Of a DNA stretch of 64,000 nt, positions 37,442 through 47,133 are shown piece after piece. Location of the stretch: NCBI GenBank assembly GCA_963678065.2, contig CAXXVZ010000003.1, positions 1,984,001-2,048,000 on the forward strand, written 5' to 3'. The notes beneath the pieces are model-generated. The model did not search any database, had not been told where the DNA came from, and was given only the letters and a program-made list of their open reading frames with translations. A program made the translations under genes and the position numbers. Positions within the stretch are counted from its first letter, which is position 1. The number at the start of each line of letters is the position of its first letter. Origin of the DNA: Treponemataceae bacterium (GTDB lineage Bacteria > Spirochaetota > Spirochaetia > Treponematales > Rectinemataceae).

Positions 37442-39304
37442 ATGTCCAACCACCACTTCAAGACCGAGGTATCGCGCCTCCTCGACCTCATCATCCACTC
37501 TCTGTATTCCCACAAAGAGATTTTCCTCAGGGAACTGATCTCGAACGCCTCCGACGCCATCGACAAGCTCAGGTACCTGCGTCTGGCGGACGAAGCCTAC
37601 AAGAATCTCGCCTTCGATCCGGACATCGAAGTCAGCATCGACAATGAGGCCAAAACCCTCACCGTCAGCGACAACGGCATAGGCATGGACGAGAAGGAGC
37701 TCGAGGAGAACCTTGGCACCATCGCCCGCTCCGGCACCCGAAACTTCCTCGAAAAGATGCCCGACACCGAGCGCAAGGACTCCAATCTCATCGGCCAGTT
37801 CGGTGTCGGCTTCTATTCCGCCTTCATGGTCGCCGACAAGGTCGAGGTGACGAGCCGCAAAGCCGGCAGCGACCGGGCTTTCGTGTGGAGTTCCGCCGGC
37901 AAGGGCGAGTATTCCGTCGATCCGGCCATCAAGGCCAGCCAGGGCACCGAGATCCGCGTCCACCTGAACGGGGAAGGAACGGAATACCTCTCGCGCTGGA
38001 AGGTCGAGGAAGTCCTCAAAAAATACTCCAACCACGTCGCCTATCCCATCCGCCTCGTCTCCATGGAAGGCGACTACGACGATCAGGGCAAGAAAAAGGG
38101 CGAAAAAAAACGCGATGAGCGCGTGAACGCCGCGAGCGCCCTCTGGCGCAGACCCAAGTCCGAGCTCAAGGAAGAGGATTACACCGAGTTCTACAAGTCC
38201 TTCACCGGCACCGACGAGGCTCCGCTGCACTGGGTCCACACCCGCGCGGAAGGCAGCATCGAGTACTCCACACTCTTCTACTTTCCCTCCAAGGCACCCT
38301 TCGACCTCTACCGCGCCGACTACAAGCCCGGCGTCAAGCTCTACGTCCGCCGCGTCTTCATCACCGACGACGAGAAGGAGCTTCTGCCGACCTACCTCCG
38401 CTTCGTGCGCGGCGTCATCGACTCCGAAGACCTCCCGCTCAATGTGAGCCGCGAGATCCTCCAGCAGAACAAGGTGATGAACAACATCCGCCAGGCCTCG
38501 GTCAAGAAGATCCTCGGCGAACTCACCGAGATGTCGACGAAGAATCCGGATAAGTTCATCTCCTTCATCGGACAGTTCAACCGCCTCCTCAAGGAAGGCC
38601 TCTACGGCGACTATGCCAATCGCGAGACCCTCCTTGGCCTCGCCCGCTGGAAGAGCACTGGCGTCGACGGCTGGACGAGCTTCGCCGACTACAAGTCCCG
38701 CATCAAGGAAGGGCAGAAGGCCATCTACTACATCGCGGGCAACGACGAGGAGCGTCTGCGCCGCTCGCCCCTTCTCGAGATGTACCGCAAGAACGGCTTC
38801 GAGGTCCTCGTCTGCTCGGACGAGATCGACGAGATCGTCCTCTCCGCCCTCGGTCCCGTCGAAGGGCTCGAACTCAAGAGCGTCAACCGCTCCGGCAGCG
38901 AATCGGAGATCGAGTCCAAAGAAGCCGAAAAGCCGGCCGAAGAGCGTGAAGCCGGAGAGAAGGCTGTCGCGGCGGCCAAGAAGATCCTCGGCGATGCCGT
39001 GAAAGACGTGCGCCTCTCCAAACGGCTCGCGGAAAGCCCTTCCTGCGTCGTCGTCGACTCCGACGACCCCACTCTGCAGTTCCGCGAGATGATGAAGCAG
39101 TTCGGCGGCTCGGACTTCCCCGAGGTCAAGCCCATCCTCGAGCTGAACGGTGGCCACGAGCTCGTGCGGCGTCTCGCCTCCGCTGACGGCGAAGCAGCCG
39201 AAGACCTCGCCCGCGTTCTTTTAGACCAGGCCCTCATCATGGAAGGCGCCCCGCTCGCAGACCCCGCTGGTTTCGTCCAGAGACTCAACCGCCTCCTCAA
39301 GTAG
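37442..39304 (+). CDS. htpG: Molecular chaperone HtpG (Hsp90)
   Basis: IFLRELISNASDA, IGQFGVGFY and DSEDLPLNVSRE motifs. Confidence 0.98.
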   Translation: MSNHHFKTEVSRLLDLIIHSLYSHKEIFLRELISNASDAIDKLRYLRLADEAYKNLAFDPDIEVSIDNEAKTLTVSDNGIGMDEKELEENLGTIARSGTRNFLEKMPDTERKDSNLIGQFGVGFYSAFMVADKVEVTSRKAGSDRAFVWSSAGKGEYSVDPAIKASQGTEIRVHLNGEGTEYLSRWKVEEVLKKYSNHVAYPIRLVSMEGDYDDQGKKKGEKKRDERVNAASALWRRPKSELKEEDYTEFYKSFTGTDEAPLHWVHTRAEGSIEYSTLFYFPSKAPFDLYRADYKPGVKLYVRRVFITDDEKELLPTYLRFVRGVIDSEDLPLNVSREILQQNKVMNNIRQASVKKILGELTEMSTKNPDKFISFIGQFNRLLKEGLYGDYANRETLLGLARWKSTGVDGWTSFADYKSRIKEGQKAIYYIAGNDEERLRRSPLLEMYRKNGFEVLVCSDEIDEIVLSALGPVEGLELKSVNRSGSESEIESKEAEKPAEEREAGEKAVAAAKKILGDAVKDVRLSKRLAESPSCVVVDSDDPTLQFREMMKQFGGSDFPEVKPILELNGGHELVRRLASADGEAAEDLARVLLDQALIMEGAPLADPAGFVQRLNRLLK

Positions 39305-40637
39305 GAACCAGGATCGTGCAGACGGTCCGCCCCGGCGCGGAGCTGAAGTCGATGCTCCAGCCCTGCGCCTCGATGATCAGTTTGGCCACAGAGAGCCCAA
39401 GACCGAAGCCTGAACCCTTGCGCGAGCGAGACCCCCGATAAAACGGATCGAAGAGGAATTTAATCTCATCCTGAGGAATTCCCGGTCCGTCGTTTCCTAT
39501 CCTGATGACGAGGTCGGAGCCCTCCATTTGAGCGGCGAGGTCTATCGCGCCGCCTTCTTCGGAATACCGCATGGCGTTGCCGGCGAGGTTCTCGAAAACC
39601 CTTGTGACCTGCGACAGATCCATCCTGACCACAAGGTCCTCCGGGATGTCGAGCTTGTACGAGTAGGACTTGCCCACGAGCTGCATGTCCTCGTCGAGCC
39701 GCTCACAGAGAGTCTCGAAGAAAGGGGCCATCCGCACGTCGGAGTTACTCAGTTTCCATTCCCCTCTTTCCATCTGCATGAACTCTATGAGCTCGTCGAT
39801 CCGGGATTTGAGCAGTTCCGATTTGTCGATGATGATGGAGGAATACTTTTCCCTCTCCTCCTCCGTCCCCGCAAGGCCATCGTGGATGGCCTCCGCGTAG
39901 CCCCTGATATTCGAGAGCGGGGTCCTGAGATCGTGCGAGACGCCCATCACGAACCGGGCGCGGCGGGCAAACTCTTCCTTGAGCGAGGTGCGCATCGAAT
40001 CGAGCGAACGGGAGAAGTCCGCCAGTTCGGCGACGCCGCCGATGACGACACTCGAATCGAGATCTCCCGCGGATATGCGCGCGGCCGAGGCTTCGAGGGC
40101 GCTCGTCGACTGCTTCAGTCGCCGTATGAACAGGGTCGCAAACAGGGCTGTAAACACGAGAAGTGGAATGACGAATATGAGAAGCAACCTGTAAATCATC
40201 ATTTCGGGTCTGGGCGGACCCTTGCCGCCCTCCCCCACGGCGACCTGGATCAACTCCTTTCCATCCCGAAGAACAGGTTGAATGAAAAACATGGGTTTTT
40301 TGTTCTGCGCGCGAAGGAAGCGGACAAGATCGAACAGCGAAGACTTCGCCCCCGCTGGAAGTGCATCCACTGTCGAGGAGACGATCCCTCCATCCTCGGC
40401 CAGCAGAACGATGGATGTTACATTGGGCGGAATCTCTCGCTCCGGGTGCGGCCCATCTTTGACGGATTGCTGACCCGTGGCAGCGGCCTCTGCCGCGGAG
40501 CTGTGCTGTCGTACAAAACGGATATACTCCGGCTCTGGCGCGAAAAGGCGCTGGGCTGAAAAATACAGAGTCACGGAGAGCACCGGAATGACGAGGACGC
40601 CGGCGGTCAGCAGGGCGAAACCCGTCTTGAGCTTCAT
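39297..40637 (-). CDS. Sensor histidine kinase (HAMP, HisKA, HATPase)
   Basis: SHDLRTPL, ENLAGNA, DGPGI and GFGLGL motifs. Confidence 0.93.
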   Translation of the reverse strand: MKLKTGFALLTAGVLVIPVLSVTLYFSAQRLFAPEPEYIRFVRQHSSAAEAAATGQQSVKDGPHPEREIPPNVTSIVLLAEDGGIVSSTVDALPAGAKSSLFDLVRFLRAQNKKPMFFIQPVLRDGKELIQVAVGEGGKGPPRPEMMIYRLLLIFVIPLLVFTALFATLFIRRLKQSTSALEASAARISAGDLDSSVVIGGVAELADFSRSLDSMRTSLKEEFARRARFVMGVSHDLRTPLSNIRGYAEAIHDGLAGTEEEREKYSSIIIDKSELLKSRIDELIEFMQMERGEWKLSNSDVRMAPFFETLCERLDEDMQLVGKSYSYKLDIPEDLVVRMDLSQVTRVFENLAGNAMRYSEEGGAIDLAAQMEGSDLVIRIGNDGPGIPQDEIKFLFDPFYRGSRSRKGSGFGLGLSVAKLIIEAQGWSIDFSSAPGRTVCTILVPT

Positions 40638-41332
40638 TCGCACTCCTCTCCTTCGTCGGCGCAGAAGCGGTATCCCTTTCCCCGCACCGTCTTTATGTAC
40701 CTGGGATTGGACGCGTCGACCTCGATTTTCTTGCGGATTCGCTGGATATAGACGCCTACGGCCGTCAGATCGCCGTAGGCGTTGCCCCACACCTTGTCGT
40801 AGAGCTCCTCGGGAGTGAAGGCCTTCCCCATCGATTTGACCAGAAAGAGGAAGAGCTCGAACTCTCGTGTGGAAAGGACTATCCGTTCGCCGTCTTTCTT
40901 CACGAAATACGCATCGGGATCTATGGAAAAGGGTCCGACACAGATGCTGCGATCGACGATTCCGCCAAGCCTGGACCGTCTGAGAAGAGCGTCGACGCGG
41001 GCGCAGAGTACTCGGGGAGAGAAGGGCTTCGTGACGAACTCGTCGGCGCCCATGCCGAGGCCGAGCACCACATCCTCATCGGCGTTCCGCGCCGATACGA
41101 TGATGACCGGCAAGTCCTTTTCCTTCCGGATCGTCCTGAGGAACTCGAAGCCACTCACTCCAGGAAGATTGAGGTCGAGAAGAACAAGATCGATCGAACC
41201 CGACTTGACCAGCGCAAGTCCCTCTTCGGCGGTTCCGGCCTGTATGGTTTCGTATCCTTCTTTGTCGAGGTAGAGTTTGATGAGTTCCCGGATTTCGTCT
41301 TCGTCCTCGATGACGAGTATTCTGTGCTTCAT
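40634..41332 (-). CDS. OmpR-family response regulator
   Basis: IEDE, LLDLNLP, KPF and IKTVRGKGY motifs. Confidence 0.95.
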   Translation of the reverse strand: MKHRILVIEDEDEIRELIKLYLDKEGYETIQAGTAEEGLALVKSGSIDLVLLDLNLPGVSGFEFLRTIRKEKDLPVIIVSARNADEDVVLGLGMGADEFVTKPFSPRVLCARVDALLRRSRLGGIVDRSICVGPFSIDPDAYFVKKDGERIVLSTREFELFLFLVKSMGKAFTPEELYDKVWGNAYGDLTAVGVYIQRIRKKIEVDASNPRYIKTVRGKGYRFCADEGEECE

Positions 41333-41509
41333 TGTCGCCTCGCTCGGTTCATATTGACGCAAAAGTATCCGCGGGCGGTTCCGGTTACAATACACGGAGG
41401 ATGACAGCTGCATAACGTCTTGTTTTATTGAACATGCGAGAGGGCAGGATTGCAAGCTGCTTTACCCGATACCTTCAACAAAAGCGGATCGATGACGTAT
41501 AGTGCACAC

Positions 41510-42133
41510 ATGTCATCCTACGAAAAACCGGATTTCTGGGCGCTCAAGGCAAAAAAAGAGGGCTATCCCGCCCGCTCTGTCTACAAGCTCCAGGAAATCG
41601 AAAAAAAATTCGGCCTCCTCAAGCCCGGTTTCCGGGTTCTCGACATCGGGGCCGCTCCGGGATCATGGAGCCTCTGGGTGCTCAAACGGCTTGCGGGAAC
41701 AGGCTTTCTCTCCGCCGTCGATCTTCAGGAACTGCGCATGGAATCACCCTACGACAATTTCTTCTTCATCAAGGGGAACCTGCACGATGAGGAGGTAAAA
41801 AAGGAACTTGCGGCAAAGGGCCCCTACAATCTCGTCCTCTCCGACGCCGCGCCCGCGACCTCGGGCAACCGTTTCGTCGACCAGAGCCAATCCGCAGAGA
41901 TCGTCGGAGCTGTCATAGACTACGGTTTCGAGATGCTGAAACCCGGTGGAAGTCTCGTAGCCAAGATATTCCAGGGAGGATCGGAGCGGGAATTTCTCGA
42001 CAGGCTCCGGTCTTGCTTCGCGTCCGCGAAGGCCTACAAGCCGGAAGCCTGCCGGTCGGAATCCTTCGAGACCTACCTCGTGGCGACCGGCTTCAGGAAG
42101 ACTGCGCCCAGCCGGCCTCAATCTGCCGGATAA
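41510..42133 (+). CDS. rlmE: 23S rRNA Um2552 methyltransferase RlmE/FtsJ
   Basis: ARSVYKLQEI, DIGAAPGSW, SDAAP and KPEACRSESFE motifs. Confidence 0.95.
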   Translation: MSSYEKPDFWALKAKKEGYPARSVYKLQEIEKKFGLLKPGFRVLDIGAAPGSWSLWVLKRLAGTGFLSAVDLQELRMESPYDNFFFIKGNLHDEEVKKELAAKGPYNLVLSDAAPATSGNRFVDQSQSAEIVGAVIDYGFEMLKPGGSLVAKIFQGGSEREFLDRLRSCFASAKAYKPEACRSESFETYLVATGFRKTAPSRPQSAG

Positions 42134-42590
42134 ACTCACAGAGCTCCTCCGTGGAGGGACGTTCCGACAGCACCTTCTTGAAATCGGGCCTTCTGCACAG
42201 GTGCGTGAGCGCGGCGAGGACGGCAAGATGACTGCGCGCGTCCGCCGACAGTATGATGAAGAGAACAGAAACCGGCTGTTTGTCGAGGGCGTTGTAGGCG
42301 ATGGGTGTTTTCAGGAACATCACCGCCACTCGCTGCTGGGAGGCATCGGTCACCAGTGGACTGCGGGGGTGAGGAATGGCCATACCGTTGCCGATCGCGG
42401 TTGGCATGAGGGACTCGCGTTCGAGAATGGCGTTGAGAAGAAGATCTCTCGCCACACCCTTGGGCAGCTCGATCGAGGCGATAGCCTCGGTCAGGACCTG
42501 CGTCGGCGTCGTCCCCCCGACATTGTAGTATACCCCTCCCCTCCGTATCATCTCCGAGAGAGGAGTTGCGTTCCGCACGGCCTCGGGCAT
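42093..42590 (-). CDS. PTS EIIA (Ntr/fructose-type) domain protein
   Basis: ERESLMPTAIGNGMAIPHPR, containing the phospho-His. Confidence 0.9.
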   Translation of the reverse strand: MPEAVRNATPLSEMIRRGGVYYNVGGTTPTQVLTEAIASIELPKGVARDLLLNAILERESLMPTAIGNGMAIPHPRSPLVTDASQQRVAVMFLKTPIAYNALDKQPVSVLFIILSADARSHLAVLAALTHLCRRPDFKKVLSERPSTEELCEFIRQIEAGWAQSS

Positions 42591-42601
42591 CGCTGATCCC
42601 C

Positions 42602-43183
42602 TTATTTTTTCGCGACTTCCGGCAGATCGAACTCGAAGGATGCGGGGGCACCTTCACCGATGAAGGCCTTGACCACGACTTTGGTGGGGCGCGGTATCGG
42701 GTTCTTGCCCACGAAAACGAGATACCAGGTCGTAGACCCCTTCGGCGCCTTCGTGATGAGTTCTGGCATGTAGGTCCGCTCGAGCCTGTCCAAGCGCCTG
42801 AGCACGTCGGACTCCTTGGCGGGCCAGGCCTCCCAGAAGGTCTTCATGTCCTCGATGCTGAAAAGGGGCGCCACAGGCGCTCCCTCTGGATTCACGGCCT
42901 TCGCCTGCACTTCCACAAGAGCCGGCGCGGTGAGCGCAAAATCCACTTTGAGGACAATGAATTCATTCGGCTTTCCCTTGATCATCCCCTCAGGGATAAG
43001 ATAGGGATTCTCCACAAACGTCGACCCACCGTCGTGCCGCAGCCCCTCTTGGGACATGAGACTCACCCTGACCGTGGATGCCTGCGAAGCCTTCGCCGGC
43101 GCGCTCGTGCAGGAAATCACAAGAGTCAGTGCCACCAGAACGCAAACGGCAGCTGATATCTGGGTAAATTTTATCTTTTTCAT
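42602..43183 (-). CDS. Hypothetical lipoprotein
   Basis: Basic N-terminus, hydrophobic core and VISC spirochaetal-type lipobox. Confidence 0.75.
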   Translation of the reverse strand: MKKIKFTQISAAVCVLVALTLVISCTSAPAKASQASTVRVSLMSQEGLRHDGGSTFVENPYLIPEGMIKGKPNEFIVLKVDFALTAPALVEVQAKAVNPEGAPVAPLFSIEDMKTFWEAWPAKESDVLRRLDRLERTYMPELITKAPKGSTTWYLVFVGKNPIPRPTKVVVKAFIGEGAPASFEFDLPEVAKK

Positions 43184-43256
43184 GGTTTTCAGTATGCTCG
43201 ATCCTCCGGAAATTCACAATACCCCGCTTTTTGCGGGATTTCCCGATCAATGTTCC

Positions 43257-43283
43257 AAAAAAGGCCGACCCGAAGGCCGGCCC
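43257..43283 (-). terminator. Rho-independent terminator
   Basis: GGCCG stem plus T tract downstream of 43338-44294. Confidence 0.65.
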
Positions 43284-43337
43284 GCATAATTCCTAAAATC
43301 AACAACCCCGCAGTCGCAAGGCATGAAACCTGCCTGC

Positions 43338-44294
43338 TCAGAAGGAAATCTCGAAATCGACGGGGAGCTGGAGATCGGTTGTGGCGGCATTGTAGCTGAT
43401 ACCGACGATGATATCGCCCATGTCGAAGTTCCTCTTGATGTAGGGATTGATCACAAGCCCGTTATTGTCATACCAAGAATCGCCATTATCAACGGTAACC
43501 TTGGTTCCCAGCACGTAGTTGCCCATCGTATACTCGATCCTTCCCCTTACTCCGTATGCTGACGTAGGCCTGAGCGAGAAATTGGCATCCAAAGCATAGT
43601 TCATGGCACCATCGGTCTTGCCCAAAGTGGTATACAGCACAGTAGTAGGTCCGAAGAATTTGGAAATACTCCAGAATCCACCAGAATTCGTCAAGCCGAC
43701 TTTGAATGTGACATCCTTGATCGCTTTCACATCTGCGCCGAAAGAAAGCTCGTTATCAGTACCGGGCAGCAAATTGTTCGGAGAACGATAGGCCGTTACA
43801 AAGGTGGCTACATTCGGTATTGCAAAGCTGATTCCAAGAGAAGAAGCCCTCAAATCCTTAACGATAGAACTGCCTGAGACAGGGGTAAAGGTCGCTACGG
43901 TCAGGTTTTTGACGGCATCCCAATAAACCATCACACCTTCTTGCGCATTGGCGAGACGAGTGGAAAATCCATTCCCGTCAATGTAGGAGGTCAAGCGTGC
44001 ATTTCCGGCCTCACGAAGCTTTCCGGCGTAGACCTTGATCCCGGTGCACCACTGGTACCAGAACGAGTAGTTGCGGGGAGAGGCAAAAAGATCGGCTCCT
44101 CCTACAACGGTGGCGGCAAAGCCCATATCCTTGGCTTTATACGAGAGGTAGGTCTCTGTGTAGATACCGTATGAGTCGGTAGAAGCCGCAGTAGCAGTGA
44201 TGTCGCCATACAGACCGAAAGTGAGCGCAGGTGTCTGGGCGAAGGCCCCGACCACCGCAACGAGCGCGAATGCGAGTACAAGAATTTTCTTCAT
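43338..44294 (-). CDS. Putative outer-membrane beta-barrel protein, copy A
   Basis: Signal peptide (GAFA/Q), alternating beta-strand pattern, C-terminal VDFEISF. Confidence 0.7.
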   Translation of the reverse strand: MKKILVLAFALVAVVGAFAQTPALTFGLYGDITATAASTDSYGIYTETYLSYKAKDMGFAATVVGGADLFASPRNYSFWYQWCTGIKVYAGKLREAGNARLTSYIDGNGFSTRLANAQEGVMVYWDAVKNLTVATFTPVSGSSIVKDLRASSLGISFAIPNVATFVTAYRSPNNLLPGTDNELSFGADVKAIKDVTFKVGLTNSGGFWSISKFFGPTTVLYTTLGKTDGAMNYALDANFSLRPTSAYGVRGRIEYTMGNYVLGTKVTVDNGDSWYDNNGLVINPYIKRNFDMGDIIVGISYNAATTDLQLPVDFEISF

Positions 44295-44396
44295 ACACAA
44301 TCCTCCTCTGGACGGATACTGAAGAATGCTCCTCGGTTAAAATAACCGAACCTCATTAACTATATTCATCGGCACAAACAACTGTCAAGCCAAGAT

Positions 44397-44426
44397 AAAA
44401 AAAACCGGCCCTTTCGGACCGGTTTT
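44397..44426 (-). terminator. Rho-independent terminator
   Basis: AAAACCGG/CCGGTTTT stem with T8. Confidence 0.8.
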
Positions 44427-44448
44427 CCGCTTTCACGAATGCGTTGAC

Positions 44449-45369
44449 TTAGAAGGAGATTTCGAAATCGACGGGGAGGGAAACAACGGAGGTTCCGGCG
44501 TTGTACTTGACACCGACGATGATGTCGCCAGCGGCGAAGTTGCGCTTCACATAGGGCTTCAGAACGAGAGCGTTGTTCTTGTACCATCCCATGGCAGCGG
44601 TATTATCAGACCAGAGCTTTGCACCAAGGACATAGGATCCCATGGTGTACTCGACTCTTCCCTGGATACCATAGGCAGAAGTAGGCTTCACGTAGAAATA
44701 GCCATCAGCAGCGAAGTTGAGGTCGCCGACTGTCTTGCCGAATGTTCCGTAGAGTACGGTGGAAGCGCCGAGATTACCAGTGTTCATAATTCCGGCTTTG
44801 AGAGTGGTGTCCTTGATCGCTTTGAGGTCTACACCGGCAGAAGCTTCGTAGCCATTGAGCCTGTAGGCGGCAACGACAGTCGCGACGTTCGGAAGAGCGA
44901 GGCTCACGCCGAAAGCGGATTTCTTAAGATCCTCGACGGGCGCGAGGCCAGTCACGGGCACGAAAGCCGCAGCGGTAAAGCCAGGGACCACCGTCATCTC
45001 GGCGAGCACGCCGGCTTCAACAGCCGCCATGCGGGTGGAGAAACCGTTGCCATCGATGTAGGAGGTCAGGCGGGCTGAGCCAGCTTCGCGGAGAACGCCG
45101 GCGGAGATCTTGGCGGCGGGGCAGACCTGATACCAGAACTTGTAGTTCCTGGGGGTCGCAAAGAAATCGGCTCCACCAACTACGGTCGCATTGAGTCCCA
45201 TGTCCTTGGCCTTGTAGGTCAGGTAGGTCTCGGTGTAGAGCGCGTAGGAATCAGCGGTGGCAGCGGTGGCGGTGATGTCGCCATACATGCCGAACGCGAG
45301 GGCGGGAGTCTGGGCGAAAGCGCCACCGACTGCGACGAGAGCGAGGAGCAGAACGAGAACCTTCTTCAT
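44449..45369 (-). CDS. Putative outer-membrane beta-barrel protein, copy B
   Basis: Paralog of copy A (YGDITATAA, ARLTSYIDGNGFSTR, LPVDFEISF). Confidence 0.7.
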   Translation of the reverse strand: MKKVLVLLLALVAVGGAFAQTPALAFGMYGDITATAATADSYALYTETYLTYKAKDMGLNATVVGGADFFATPRNYKFWYQVCPAAKISAGVLREAGSARLTSYIDGNGFSTRMAAVEAGVLAEMTVVPGFTAAAFVPVTGLAPVEDLKKSAFGVSLALPNVATVVAAYRLNGYEASAGVDLKAIKDTTLKAGIMNTGNLGASTVLYGTFGKTVGDLNFAADGYFYVKPTSAYGIQGRVEYTMGSYVLGAKLWSDNTAAMGWYKNNALVLKPYVKRNFAAGDIIVGVKYNAGTSVVSLPVDFEISF

Positions 45370-45441
45370 TTAAGTCCTCCTTGACGTACGTAAGGGGGTT
45401 AAACCGACGGTCTAATAATCCCCTTTCCTAGGTTCGAGTGG

Positions 45442-45471
45442 AGTATAGCCCGGCGCAATTTCAGGTGTCAA
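45442..45471 (-). promoter_or_regulatory. Near-consensus sigma70 promoter of OMP copy B
   Basis: TTGACA-N18-TATACT. Confidence 0.6.
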
Positions 45472-45594
45472 GTTTTTTCTACGAAAATTGCCGATTGATT
45501 CGATATTAATCAACATTTTTTATTATAAAGATTTAGAATAACATGCCGATATAATCGGCATTCTTGCGGGCTTTACAGAAATCATTGAATTGTC

Positions 45595-45635
45595 AAAAAA
45601 TCTGTCGCCAGCCGGGTTTTCCGGCCGGCGACGGG
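45595..45635 (-). terminator. Rho-independent terminator of ackA
   Basis: GTCGCC.GCCGG stem followed by T6. Confidence 0.75.
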
Positions 45636-45647
45636 CTGTTTTCTCCG

Positions 45648-46985
45648 TCAGGGAAGGACAGCGACGATGTCCCTGAGCCAGGGCTTCTTCTCGAAATCGC
45701 GGACGAGCCCCGCGGCGCGGGCCTTGTTCACGTAGTCTGAGTCCTGGAAGTAATACTTGTAGTTGGTGTGCACATCGTAGGTGCCGTTCATGAGGGCGAA
45801 TGCGTCCTCGGTCATGACGAGCTCCTCGTCGGTGGGGATGACGAAGATCTTGACCTTGGAACCGGGACCGGTGATGTCGAGTTCGGCATTGCGGCACTTG
45901 GCGAGGGCGTTCTTCTTCTCGTCGATGACAATGCCGAGCTCGCCGAGCCCCGCGCAGGAGAGCTGGCGGGTGACCGGGCCCATTTCCCCGACGCCGGCAG
46001 TGAAAACAATAGCGTCGACGCGGCCGAGGGCGGCGTAGTAGGCGCCGATGTACTTCTTGATGCGGTAGCTCTCGAGCTGCTGGGCGAGAATGGCGATCGG
46101 GTCGCCCTTCTCGGCGGCGGTTTCGATATCGCGGCGGTCGGACCACTTGCCGGTGATGCCGAGTACGCCGGATGCCTTGTTCAGCTTGGACTCGACTTCT
46201 GCCGGAGTCATGCCGGCCTTGCGGATCATGTGAAAGACGATGCCAGGATCGATGTCGCCGGAGCGGGTTCCCATGACGAGGCCTTCGAGAGGGGTCATGC
46301 CCATAGACGTGTCGAAGGAGCAGCCGTTCTTGACGGCGTTGATGGATGAGCCGTTGCCGATGTGGGCGATGACGAGATTGGTCTCGAAGGGCTCCTTGCC
46401 GAGGAGGACGGAGGCGCGTTTTGCGTTGTAGAGGAAGCTGGTACCGTGGAATCCGTAGCGACGGACAGAGTATTTGTCGGCCCACTCGGTGGGCAGGGCG
46501 TACATGTAGCTGGACGCGGGCATGGTCTGGTGCCAGGCGGTGTCCATGACCGCGCAGTGAGGAACGTTCGGAAGGACGGTCTTCGCTGCTTCGACGCCCA
46601 TGAGGTTGGCGGGGTTGTGGAGAGGAGCGAGATCGGTCAGCGACCTGAATGTCGAAAGGAATTCATCCGTGATGAGGCTGGAGCGGGCGAATGTGGATCC
46701 GCCGTGGACCATGCGGTGGCCGACAGCCTTGATGCTGTCCATGTCGGAGATGACGCCGTACTCGGGGTGGACGAGGGTGTTGAGAATGAGCTCGATGGCC
46801 ACCGTGTGGGTGGGGCACTCGTGGTCGGTGACGTAGTCTGCTTTGCCGCGGGGTTTGTGGGTGATCGAGGATCCGCCGAGAGTGACGCGTTCAACGATGC
46901 CGGTAGCGAGGATGTCCTTCTCGACCCAATCGTATACCTGGTATTTGACTGACGACGAGCCGCAGTTGAGTGTGAGGATGACCAT
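45648..46985 (-). CDS. ackA: Acetate kinase
   Basis: [34 protein letters not shown] and IPTDEE motifs. Confidence 0.97.
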   Translation of the reverse strand: MVILTLNCGSSSVKYQVYDWVEKDILATGIVERVTLGGSSITHKPRGKADYVTDHECPTHTVAIELILNTLVHPEYGVISDMDSIKAVGHRMVHGGSTFARSSLITDEFLSTFRSLTDLAPLHNPANLMGVEAAKTVLPNVPHCAVMDTAWHQTMPASSYMYALPTEWADKYSVRRYGFHGTSFLYNAKRASVLLGKEPFETNLVIAHIGNGSSINAVKNGCSFDTSMGMTPLEGLVMGTRSGDIDPGIVFHMIRKAGMTPAEVESKLNKASGVLGITGKWSDRRDIETAAEKGDPIAILAQQLESYRIKKYIGAYYAALGRVDAIVFTAGVGEMGPVTRQLSCAGLGELGIVIDEKKNALAKCRNAELDITGPGSKVKIFVIPTDEELVMTEDAFALMNGTYDVHTNYKYYFQDSDYVNKARAAGLVRDFEKKPWLRDIVAVLP

Positions 46986-47133
46986 GATCTCTCCTAGGTG
47001 ACATGAATTGGTTATTCCATTGTATCACCGTACTCTAGGAGGATCAAGATCGGAGCGCGCCGATACCGCCCGATTCCGTTCCGGGGGCGGCCCGGAACCG
47101 CGTAAGTCCGGCCGCAGCCTTCCCGTCGGCCGG

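Noticed and set aside
37250..39157. 635-aa ORF antisense to htpG
   Set aside because: Stop-free shadow frame expected from strong GC3 codon bias; no motifs
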